From sequence record NC_061443.1: a DNA stretch of 64,000 nt; one strand, written 5' to 3'. The notes under the pieces were generated by a model that saw only the letters and a list, made by a program, of their open reading frames with translations, did not search any database and had not been told where the DNA came from. Position 1 is the first letter of the stretch. Every line of letters begins with the position of its first letter. The translations under genes and the position numbers were made by a program. Shown here one piece after another: positions 56,005 through 64,000 of the stretch.

Positions 56005-57054
56005 TTACATCTGGGTGAGAGACTTATCTGGGAAGAGTTGAGTGTTTGTCAAAGATAAGGCAGCAGTAGACGCCGTTGGAATCGCAGCAGTCTGTACGAG
56101 GTCTTTTCCTTGACCAATTTCACCACGCATAAGATATTTCAAGCCGTTTACTTGGAATGCCATCATACACGAGGTTAAGACAACATCATCCGTGTTTGCC
56201 TTTCCTGTGACTGCTACCCTCATTGGGTACGCAGCTCCATCAGGTCGAGTATATCCAGCATCACCGCTGCCGTTGGCAGGAGTATTCGTCACACTGTTCT
56301 GGTTCACACCGCTGTATGAATATACCATACCGATAGTACGCACAAACGCTATATGATCTAGTAGTGCATACGTGTTGTGTAATGAAGCTACTTGGTTCGG
56401 TGTTGTTGTGGTATTCAGGTAGACGTAGCCTACAGGAGTACTTTCTGCCAACGCATCCAATCCCAATGACGCACAGTTAAAGCCCGCGTCATAACCACTG
56501 TACGTTCCCCAGAAAGAGTCAACGTAGCGAGAGTATTGAGAACCTGCTTTTGAACTATACGTTTGGAGCTGGACGTTCGTGTTCCTAATTCCTGCAGGGA
56601 AGATAAGCATACAGTTCGACGGCCAGTAATACGATTCAGATGTATCAGCAGAACGTCCGAACTGTCCTGTGAACACAGGATTGCCTGAGGCCCACGTGCT
56701 ATAGTTAGAGGTATCGGAGACCGTAAAGTAACGCGCCACAACAGCGTCTGGTGTCTGCTGTGAGGTATATGAAGCATACCCTCCAGTAACTGACGCAGTA
56801 TTAACGAGTCGAGCACTACGCGCAGGATAGAAGAAGTTATCTTTAACGCCACTCATTGGACTGAGTGTAACAGCGTTCTCCGTACCGCCAGGGGAGTTAC
56901 CCCAAGCTCGGGCGCCTTTAATCTTCGACAGATACTTTGTACTGTTTAAATGTGCGTCTGATATGTCCGTGGCCGCGTCGAAGTACAGCGCACGGTGCGC
57001 AGCCAACAATGCAATCTTGTTGGCCTTGATTGGATGTGGTGTTGCGAATAGCAT
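56005..57054 (-). CDS. putative virion protein, second paralogue family
   Basis: MLFA...ALYFDAA. Confidence 0.55.
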   Translation of the reverse strand: MLFATPHPIKANKIALLAAHRALYFDAATDISDAHLNSTKYLSKIKGARAWGNSPGGTENAVTLSPMSGVKDNFFYPARSARLVNTASVTGGYASYTSQQTPDAVVARYFTVSDTSNYSTWASGNPVFTGQFGRSADTSESYYWPSNCMLIFPAGIRNTNVQLQTYSSKAGSQYSRYVDSFWGTYSGYDAGFNCASLGLDALAESTPVGYVYLNTTTTPNQVASLHNTYALLDHIAFVRTIGMVYSYSGVNQNSVTNTPANGSGDAGYTRPDGAAYPMRVAVTGKANTDDVVLTSCMMAFQVNGLKYLMRGEIGQGKDLVQTAAIPTASTAALSLTNTQLFPDKSLTQM

Positions 57055-57065
57055 AGGGTCTCTCC

Positions 57066-58160
57066 CTACAATAAGTATTTAGCAGTAGCGTTGACATAGG
57101 CTACAACATCCGCAGAGAAATTCAAAGATGCCATCTCAGCTATGTTAGTTCCTGTTTGTTTTGCGTCATCTGCCTCACCATCTCCAATAGAAAGAACAAT
57201 CAGTCCTTTGTCTAATGGGTATTCGTATGCAATCGCACCGAATGACAATACACACGGAGGACTGTCATCGGAAGCGACCTTCATAGGTACATATAGAGGC
57301 TCAGCTAGGCCACAGTTGGGAAAATCAGTCAACGTAGGAGAGTACGAGAATCGAACGGTACCTCCGCCTATAGGCCACATCTGAGTTTCTTCCTGAGCAG
57401 CAATGAACATGATGCAAGGCGCATTCGTCGTATACATAGTCGGAAGCACTACTGGCAACGTGTTACCTTGACCGTATTGCTTGGTCGTGTCCGTAGTAGT
57501 CAGGTCAGTTTGCGTCTGCAACGTGTTAGTTTGCGTAAGATAAGCCGCGCTCGACCAATACAGGGTGTACTGATAGTTCCATCCTAGCCATGAGCTTGAC
57601 TCATACTTGGAGATGTTTATCGTCTGTCCATTGAACGTCAAGTTGGCACGAATACCACCAGTGGCCGCAACGCGCATAGAAGCAAGGATAGATTCAGGAA
57701 CAAAGTACATCCTGTTGGTTACTATGCCTGACGTAGGAGAATATGTCTTACCTGCATCAGCACCCAAGAAGTTAGTCTTCAGGTCGCTCATGCCTCCTTT
57801 GGCCGTAGTGGTCGTCACAGTTACATAGCGATAGGCCTGTGTGTCAACAGTCTGACCATCATTCGTTGAGGGATAGTAGTACCAGTCCTTGTTGCCTCCA
57901 TTCTGATTGAACCCAAGCATGTCTGATGTATGTGCAACGTAGTGCTTGTTGTTCTTAATACCCGACAGTGCGGTTGTCTTCCCATTGGAGCCGGAGAATC
58001 CCCATGAAGTGCCACGGCAGTACGGAACATTCTTGAGCAGGTTAGCACGAGATTGCTTCACCACTGTCTTGTCTATCGTTGAATCAAATAGGAAGAGTGC
58101 AGACAGCGCATCCTTGCGTATCTTATTAACCTTAACAGCTCCGACAGAATGAAACTGCAT
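57066..58160 (-). CDS. putative virion protein, second paralogue family
   Basis: MQFH...ALFLFDST; LSIGDG C-terminal motif. Confidence 0.55.
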   Translation of the reverse strand: MQFHSVGAVKVNKIRKDALSALFLFDSTIDKTVVKQSRANLLKNVPYCRGTSWGFSGSNGKTTALSGIKNNKHYVAHTSDMLGFNQNGGNKDWYYYPSTNDGQTVDTQAYRYVTVTTTTAKGGMSDLKTNFLGADAGKTYSPTSGIVTNRMYFVPESILASMRVAATGGIRANLTFNGQTINISKYESSSWLGWNYQYTLYWSSAAYLTQTNTLQTQTDLTTTDTTKQYGQGNTLPVVLPTMYTTNAPCIMFIAAQEETQMWPIGGGTVRFSYSPTLTDFPNCGLAEPLYVPMKVASDDSPPCVLSFGAIAYEYPLDKGLIVLSIGDGEADDAKQTGTNIAEMASLNFSADVVAYVNATAKYLL

Positions 58161-58235
58161 ATGCGCACCTTTTCGAGTAGAAAATTTTGATATAAGGTAA
58201 AACGGCCCGTACCATTAAGATACAGGCCATAGCTG

Positions 58236-58817
58236 TTACACCAGCAGACGTCCAGCGACAGTAATTGCAACGCCGTTCAGAGTAGTGTCAGCCGTGTCTG
58301 GAGCAATGACACGCATCTGGTCACCAGAAACAAGAATGATCTCTTGGTCCTGATACGCGGCCAGAGGTGCAAACACACCAGTCTTCGAGCCAGCACCGAA
58401 TGATACAGTGCCCAGCTGAATAACAGCCTGAGTTGCTGAATCATACGCGCTGATTTTGAAGACAGATGCGGCAGTAGCAGCAACATCAGCCACAGCCATT
58501 GAGCCGCCGAAGTTCTTAACGATTGCCGTAGTACGCACAGACAGGTAACGTGCAATCTCCTGGCCACCAGCATAACGCTTGAGTACAGACAGACCCACGT
58601 CATATGGGTTTACAGACTGTAACTGATTCACCCACTTGTTGCGCACCTGACTGAACACGTACAGGCCAGGCTGATTAGTGCCGGACACAGCGGTCAAGTT
58701 CCATACACGCCCGTTAGTCGGAGATGCTGGGAAAGTTGGGCCAGAGGAGTTCGGGTCACCCGGAGCACGAACGATTTGAGCCTGCTCGCCTGCGAGCTGT
58801 AGACCATAAGTTAACAT
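58236..58817 (-). CDS. putative virion/fibre-associated protein
   Basis: FPASPTNGRVW attachment-type motif; AAGGAG RBS. Confidence 0.55.
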   Translation of the reverse strand: MLTYGLQLAGEQAQIVRAPGDPNSSGPTFPASPTNGRVWNLTAVSGTNQPGLYVFSQVRNKWVNQLQSVNPYDVGLSVLKRYAGGQEIARYLSVRTTAIVKNFGGSMAVADVAATAASVFKISAYDSATQAVIQLGTVSFGAGSKTGVFAPLAAYQDQEIILVSGDQMRVIAPDTADTTLNGVAITVAGRLLV

Positions 58818-58828
58818 TGTTTATCTCC

Positions 58829-59116
58829 TTAGGCGATTCGCACTTCACCCGTAACAGGGTACGGGAAAGTCACTTTGACTGTATTAACATCCACAATGAT
58901 AACGTCGAGCGGCAGGACCTGATGGAGTTTACCATCTGGCTGCATCGTACACGTAGTCACTGCGACCATACGTCCGAAGTTGTGCGTAATCGTCCATTCA
59001 GCAGCAGGCGTTTCTTGCTTGAAGCTACGCCCCATAGAATAGTTGATCATAAGTTCCTCACAATTCATATGTGTATTGTGGTTCTGGCACGTTAAGTCGT
59101 GCAGTACCGTTTCCAT
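58829..59116 (-). CDS. small W-x-I-x-HN(L/F)G repeat virion protein
   Basis: EWTITHNFG...VKVTF; true start may be MGRSFK. Confidence 0.55.
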   Translation of the reverse strand: METVLHDLTCQNHNTHMNCEELMINYSMGRSFKQETPAAEWTITHNFGRMVAVTTCTMQPDGKLHQVLPLDVIIVDVNTVKVTFPYPVTGEVRIA

Positions 59117-59960
59117 TCATCACAGGAGCTACTTGAGCAAGCTCAGACTCGGCAAGCATTGCTATATGCAGAGTCTTTTTCTCGTCAACGATTGCAGCCA
59201 TTCCCCATGTAGGAACAGAGACACCTGGTGTTTTGCCTGATACAGCGTGATATAGATTCGGCACGCCCCAGTACAGAGTGTAGTAGGTGCCGCCTGAGTT
59301 GTTATAGTTCACCACTCGCGCCACAGCAGAATAAGACATAGCCGCAGCCGAGATAGCGTTACCTGTAACTACTTGGTAGCTATTACTGTTCCACGCGAAG
59401 CCATTGCCTGCGACAACCAGATTAGCATCGAGAGTAGCAGGATAGGTGTACAGGGTCATACTCACACCGTACATCGTATTTCCAACCCACCCATTCAGCA
59501 AACTGTCAGACATGATAGGCAGAGTCTTGTTTATGCCGTGTGTAGCTAAAGCCACAGGCCCTGACGAATCGTTGCCTTTAGTCATCATGCCCATATCATC
59601 AGACATATCTAAAGCGAACTGGCGCTCCATGTAACGATAACTTGGAACGGTCGGAGCATTAACAGGAGCGAGCGATCCTGTCACAATTCCTTTGTTGCTT
59701 GTCCACGTATGGAATATAAAGCGTGTATGTAACCACTGCCTTGTTCCATCAGCACTGATACCGGCAGCCGGGTTAAGAGGTATAGTGCCGTCAGCAGCGA
59801 AGTCCTTAGCGCTCGTAACGGACTTCTCGGCACACAATTTCACGAAGTCTGTCCAAGTAAGAATACTCAGGTCCGGTTTTGGAGTAGACGCATCGAACAG
59901 GAACAGACTTCGCTCTATCATATGCTTTTTGACGCTACGGAAATTTTGTGCGAAAAGCAT
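59058..59960 (-). CDS. putative virion protein, second paralogue family
   Basis: MLFA...SLFLFDAS. Confidence 0.55.
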   Translation of the reverse strand: MLFAQNFRSVKKHMIERSLFLFDASTPKPDLSILTWTDFVKLCAEKSVTSAKDFAADGTIPLNPAAGISADGTRQWLHTRFIFHTWTSNKGIVTGSLAPVNAPTVPSYRYMERQFALDMSDDMGMMTKGNDSSGPVALATHGINKTLPIMSDSLLNGWVGNTMYGVSMTLYTYPATLDANLVVAGNGFAWNSNSYQVVTGNAISAAAMSYSAVARVVNYNNSGGTYYTLYWGVPNLYHAVSGKTPGVSVPTWGMAAIVDEKKTLHIAMLAESELAQVAPVMNGNGTARLNVPEPQYTYEL

Positions 59961-59971
59961 ATGACTACCTC

Positions 59972-60568
59972 TTAGTACAGAATGACTGTACCGGTTTCAG
60001 GGTTTTCGAAAGTGATCGTAAGCTGGCTCGTGCTGTTATGCACAATAGACTTCGGCTGCACTTCTTTCGTTCCCTGATAGATACGCACCGCTGGATTGTA
60101 TCCCAGATTGTGAGTCACTACCCACTCTGCTTCATCAGTGAATGATGCAGTGAACGCAACGGTAGGAGTAGGAAGCCCGCTTTCGATACCAGACAGCAGT
60201 ACAGCAGTACCTGCAACAGGTTCAGGGAACAACACGATAGTCGTGTTCGCATCCTGAGAGTGAATGGAGGAAGGCATAACAACGTCGCCGTTACTGTCGT
60301 AGCACTGAACGATAGGCGTACCTGTGTTCATGTTGTGCGCGATTTCCCAGCGGCTGGATGCAGATGGTTGTGAGTAACGGAACATCGTCATCTGTTGTGT
60401 CAGCGGTACCCAGATAGGCAGGTCAGAGAACTCAACACAGAACATCAGACGCTTGTCCATGAAGATTGCCATGCCCGGCTGAGGGTTAGTTGGCCAGTCA
60501 GTCACTTCTGCAAATTTGAAGTTCTTGATTGAGCCGAACTCTAAGTCTAAAGTCCCAACGACTTTCAT
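59972..60568 (-). CDS. virion protein with two W-x-I-x-HNLG repeats
   Basis: WEIAHNMN, WVVTHNLG; AGGAG RBS. Confidence 0.6.
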   Translation of the reverse strand: MKVVGTLDLEFGSIKNFKFAEVTDWPTNPQPGMAIFMDKRLMFCVEFSDLPIWVPLTQQMTMFRYSQPSASSRWEIAHNMNTGTPIVQCYDSNGDVVMPSSIHSQDANTTIVLFPEPVAGTAVLLSGIESGLPTPTVAFTASFTDEAEWVVTHNLGYNPAVRIYQGTKEVQPKSIVHNSTSQLTITFENPETGTVILY

Positions 60569-60587
60569 AAATCATCTCCTGAAAGGT

Positions 60588-60613
60588 AAAAAGGGCAGGC
60601 AGATGCCCACCCC
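60588..60613 (-). terminator. Rho-independent terminator
   Basis: minus strand GGGTGGGC-ATCT-GCCTGCCC-TTTTT. Confidence 0.8.
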
Positions 60614-60641
60614 TTTATTATGTTACGGCTGTCGTTGTCGC

Positions 60642-62264
60642 TTAGGCTTCGGGCTCAACGTAAGTGTTGGTGCCAGTTACGAATGCGATTGCAACTTTCT
60701 TCGCGGTGGTCAGCTCAACACGCAGGCTGTTCGCGTCGATGAACACAACTTCATCAGGGATGATCTGGTAGCCAGTGTCATCAACAACAGTGACGGTACC
60801 GAACTTGTGTCCAGCATTGTGCGTGAAGGTGTGCGCAGTAGCAGCAACGTCACCACTTGCAGTCTTATCGTACTGATAGACTTTAGCAGCAGAACCGCTT
60901 GAGCCAGCAGCGATTGCGTCGTCAACGTACTTCTTGCTAACAGCAGAAGCATCGGTCAGAGCGCCAACACCAGTCAGGTTGATGTGGTCTACGTCACCAC
61001 CAGTAGCGTCGATGAAGCCACCAGCAGTTTTAACAGCAGCAACGTCAACGATGATTTTGCTATTGTCTACATCCTGTTTCAGGCCAGTGCCCAGAACAGC
61101 AGCAGCAATCTGCTCGTAGCCAACACCACCGTCGGTGATTGCGATACCGTCTACAGAGCGAGACAGGGTAGCGCCGTCCAGTTTAACGCGAGTAGAACCA
61201 GCGTTGTCTTCCAGACCGCCGTTAGCATCCAGTTTAGCAGTCACAGCGTTAGCAGTGATCTGAATACCGGCGCCAACAACTACGTTAACGACGTTGCCAG
61301 CTTTTTCCAGACCGGAGCCTGCGTTGAAGTCAGATGCACCACCGAAGGTAGTCCACTGAGTGCCGTCAAAACGACGATACTCTTTAATGTCTTTAACCCA
61401 GGTAACTGCACCGCCAGCTTCGCTGTCAGTCGGGTCGAAGACGATAACGAACGCAGCGCCGTCATAGCGAACAACCATGTTGTCAGTCAGACCAGTAATA
61501 GAACCGAAGTTCGGATTCACTTGGTCAGCCGCCAGGATGATGTACTGCGCGTCTTTTTCCAGAACAGGGTCCAGAGTACCATCGGTCTGAATGCCGTTGG
61601 AGTCTTTCATCCAGTCGATACCCGCCAGCGCGTTGTCGATATCGATCTTACGAGCAGCGTCGTTCGGGTTAGCTGGAGCAGCCAGGTTAGCAACGGTGTT
61701 ACCGTTAGCATCGAGGTCGCCTGTCAGTTGGCCGTTTGCAGCATTCAGCTTACCGCCCAGAGCCAGTTCGTTCGCGTTAGCTTTGTTGCTGACGGTAGTG
61801 ATCTGAGACTGGAGGTTAGAAGTCGCGCCAGACAGATAGCCCAGTTCAGCAGCAGTAACGGTAGAGCTTTCCAGTGCGGAATCAGCGCCGGCGATAACAA
61901 CTGCGTTCTCAGTCAGACCACTGATTTTGTCTTGCTTGGTAGCAACAACAGTCTCAACGTGTTTCTTAGAAACCGCCGCGTTGTCACCACTTGCAGACTG
62001 GTCAGGACCAGACAGTTCGAGGTCAGCAGTCATTGGCACGGTACCGTCTGCGAGGATAGCACCTTCTACAGAACCACCGCTGCCTCCCAGCTCTTTGATC
62101 ACAGTGCCGTTGAAGTATTTGTACTTGTCTTCGGTGCTGTTGTACCAGATACGTGCTGTCTGGGTTGCAACCAGATCACCAACGATAGGGTCGGCAGCAA
62201 GAACCTCAGGACGGAAGTTCTTAATCTGGGCGCCGAGCATTAAATCAAGATTACCAGTACGCAT
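60642..62264 (-). CDS. abundant fibre/whisker-like virion protein
   Basis: DGTVPMTADL, AVSKKHV/AARKID/AVSKKYVD fibre repeats, AGSGL repeat, C-terminal HTFTHNAG; very strong codon bias; AGGAG RBS and own terminator. Confidence 0.65.
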   Translation of the reverse strand: MRTGNLDLMLGAQIKNFRPEVLAADPIVGDLVATQTARIWYNSTEDKYKYFNGTVIKELGGSGGSVEGAILADGTVPMTADLELSGPDQSASGDNAAVSKKHVETVVATKQDKISGLTENAVVIAGADSALESSTVTAAELGYLSGATSNLQSQITTVSNKANANELALGGKLNAANGQLTGDLDANGNTVANLAAPANPNDAARKIDIDNALAGIDWMKDSNGIQTDGTLDPVLEKDAQYIILAADQVNPNFGSITGLTDNMVVRYDGAAFVIVFDPTDSEAGGAVTWVKDIKEYRRFDGTQWTTFGGASDFNAGSGLEKAGNVVNVVVGAGIQITANAVTAKLDANGGLEDNAGSTRVKLDGATLSRSVDGIAITDGGVGYEQIAAAVLGTGLKQDVDNSKIIVDVAAVKTAGGFIDATGGDVDHINLTGVGALTDASAVSKKYVDDAIAAGSSGSAAKVYQYDKTASGDVAATAHTFTHNAGHKFGTVTVVDDTGYQIIPDEVVFIDANSLRVELTTAKKVAIAFVTGTNTYVEPEA

Positions 62265-62287
62265 TGTAAATCTCCTGTTGCGTGGGA

Positions 62288-63031
62288 TTAGAAGAAAGTA
62301 CCTTCGCAGTCGTCTAGGCTACAGCGTAGCTTTTGATAGGCCGCAATTCGTTCTTCTGTCAGATTGATATACTTATCATCAATGTTGTACTTCACTCTGA
62401 TCGGCACGTCGTACCCATCGAGCAGGCCATGTCGCTTATAAGCATTCAGGCGTAGCACAGGTGAACTGACCTGACCGAATTCCATAATAGTCAGGTCAAT
62501 CTTGTCGGCGTATATGAACGGTCGCTCTCTCTTACACAAGATATAGTCTATCTCATGCAAATTAAAGAGTGTGAAATTCATATAGCCAATTATGAACTCC
62601 GCAATCAGCCTGAATGAATCAAACATGTCAGGCCTAAATTGTTGTGTGAGAATCTGGTCAACATAGGGTCTGACCTCGGTACGCATCTCGTACCAACTCT
62701 CACAGAACAATGCAGGGAAGTCTTCAGGGTGATGGGCCATAAGGCCCAACACGTCTTTCTCTGTATCTGCGAAAGAGCTTAGAATGTCAGCCGCATCTTC
62801 GGATGCCTCGACGCCTCTCCCAGTTGAAATAAAACGACGTTCAATGTCTCTCAACCAAGACTCTGATGCAGACAGGTATTGAAGCAGTGTTTCTCTCGCG
62901 GCAGCCGAAAACTCATGTCTGTTTGAGTCAAGAACCTCACCCAGCATAAAGGCTTTCGCTTTGTAGAAATCACTATAGCGCTCGGCAGTAAATCGTCGAA
63001 ACCCTATGTTATTCCTCAAATAGCCCATCAT
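62288..63031 (-). CDS. hypothetical helical protein
   Basis: 247 aa, coupled to upstream gene. Confidence 0.6.
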   Translation of the reverse strand: MMGYLRNNIGFRRFTAERYSDFYKAKAFMLGEVLDSNRHEFSAAARETLLQYLSASESWLRDIERRFISTGRGVEASEDAADILSSFADTEKDVLGLMAHHPEDFPALFCESWYEMRTEVRPYVDQILTQQFRPDMFDSFRLIAEFIIGYMNFTLFNLHEIDYILCKRERPFIYADKIDLTIMEFGQVSSPVLRLNAYKRHGLLDGYDVPIRVKYNIDDKYINLTEERIAAYQKLRCSLDDCEGTFF

Positions 63032-63543
63032 CGCAATGCCCTCAGATCATTCAACTCCGTGTTGCCTTGAGCATTAGGAGTTGTATATAGAGAACTGGAG
63101 ATGCTCTGCAACCGAAGCCCGAGCTTCTCAAGTTCTTGCTGGTTGCCGCCCAACTTCTCAAGGACTTCCTTCATTAGTTCGACGGAGCCTTGATGGTCAC
63201 GGGATTGCTGAGAGATGATTCGTTCGAAACGCTGCATCGCGCGGAGAACAGAGTTCAATCCCTCTTTCATATCTAAATTATCGACTGGTGCAGAATCAGA
63301 GATTGACTGAATCATTCGCATCATATGCGCCATGTCGGCTTGTAGCTCGTCACTGTCTGGATTACTTGTCGTGCCGTTCTCCAGCTCCGCGTTACGCGCC
63401 TTAACTTGCTCCAGTTCTTCAAGCTGAGGCAGTAGTTTCAACCAAACGTAGGCACCACCTGCGATCAGCAGAACTACAGAGAAGACAGTCGCGTAGTTGG
63501 ACGCAAGCAACTTGTCTAAAATTTCCGCCCACATTATATTCAA
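63028..63543 (-). CDS. membrane-anchored coiled-coil protein
   Basis: N-terminal TM then heptads. Confidence 0.6.
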   Translation of the reverse strand: MNIMWAEILDKLLASNYATVFSVVLLIAGGAYVWLKLLPQLEELEQVKARNAELENGTTSNPDSDELQADMAHMMRMIQSISDSAPVDNLDMKEGLNSVLRAMQRFERIISQQSRDHQGSVELMKEVLEKLGGNQQELEKLGLRLQSISSSLYTTPNAQGNTELNDLRALR

Positions 63544-63824
63544 CCCTTACAGGTGTTATCATTGAGATCGACAATGACCCGTTGAGCACCTGGTTCGTTT
63601 ACGTCAGTGGTTTTGTACGTGTGCGCCATCCTAGGCTTGAACTCCAAGCAGCTTTGTCCGTAACGTCCATCGACTACACAAATGGCGGACAGGCAGCTAA
63701 CATCTTCCTTGAGAATCAAGTTTTCAGGAGATTGGTTAACACTCCTAACGGCAGTGATTACGAAACCCACCACAGCGATAGCAATGACAACCACAATGGC
63801 AATCCTAATTCGCTTGGCTTGCAT
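63540..63824 (-). CDS. small membrane-anchored protein
   Basis: basic N-terminus, TM, Cys-containing C-terminal part; GAGGT RBS. Confidence 0.55.
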   Translation of the reverse strand: MQAKRIRIAIVVVIAIAVVGFVITAVRSVNQSPENLILKEDVSCLSAICVVDGRYGQSCLEFKPRMAHTYKTTDVNEPGAQRVIVDLNDNTCKG

Positions 63825-63889
63825 TTCGGGCTCTACCTCATGGTCCTTTTATCTGAGTGAAATTAGCGAACCGTGCGTTCTGTGAGGAC

Positions 63890-64000
63890 TTATTCCTCCA
63901 ATACGCCACTAATCTCCGCAAACATATTCTTGTAGACCAAGCTACCGCCCAGCTTGTCCAATCTGTCAACGAGAACATAGAGTTTCGGTGAGGTGCGCAT
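63890..64000 (-). CDS. 3' end of a gene running in from outside the window
   Basis: open frame ...KLYVLVDRLDKLGGSLVYKNMFAEISGVLEE-stop. Confidence 0.45.
   Translation of the reverse strand: MRTSPKLYVLVDRLDKLGGSLVYKNMFAEISGVLEE

Noticed and set aside
60984-62243. 419-aa + strand ORF opposite the fibre gene (also 48682-49458 and many other antisense ORFs)
   Set aside because: Shadow ORFs produced by strong codon bias of the real gene; no RBS or recognisable motifs.
63833-63841. Two-codon uORF ATG AGG TAG (minus strand) upstream of 63824
   Set aside because: More simply explained as the GAGGT RBS of the downstream gene; its own SD spacing is too short.
1-64000. tRNA genes, CRISPR arrays, integrase or transposase
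   Set aside because: No cloverleaf with T-loop consensus, no regularly spaced repeats and no recombinase motifs noticed by eye; a tRNAscan/CRISPR finder run would be decisive.

Overview
Gene-dense 64 kb segment of a large (jumbo-type) tailed dsDNA phage, probably a myovirus. The gene content resembles the 'hairy' Lu11/Y3-like phages of Gammaproteobacteria (inference). The + strand block (1-43200) encodes DnaB helicase, intein-containing large terminase, portal, 5'-3' exonuclease, nucleotide metabolism genes (dCMP deaminase, thymidylate synthase, MazG-like, HD), Dam and many small accessory genes. The - strand block (43257-64000) carries a putative lysis cassette and a long array of paralogous putative virion/fibre genes. 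Main result: a probable cytosine carboxymethylation/hypermodification pathway. It comprises a CmoA-like carboxy-SAM synthase, a glutaminase-less asparagine-synthetase-like amide ligase, and a C5-methyltransferase homologue with Arg in place of the motif X Asn, whose catalytic Cys is split by an intein. Other highlights: an unannotated 54-aa ORF reproducing the NrdA C-terminal redox tail, a free-standing tail-sheath C-terminal domain, a frameshifted Toprim gene, two phage-specific promoter-like motifs (one often in or beside hairpins at ribosome-binding sites), and an alternating long/short virion paralogue array with discoidin-like inserts. All assignments come from motif recognition by eye; no searches were run.
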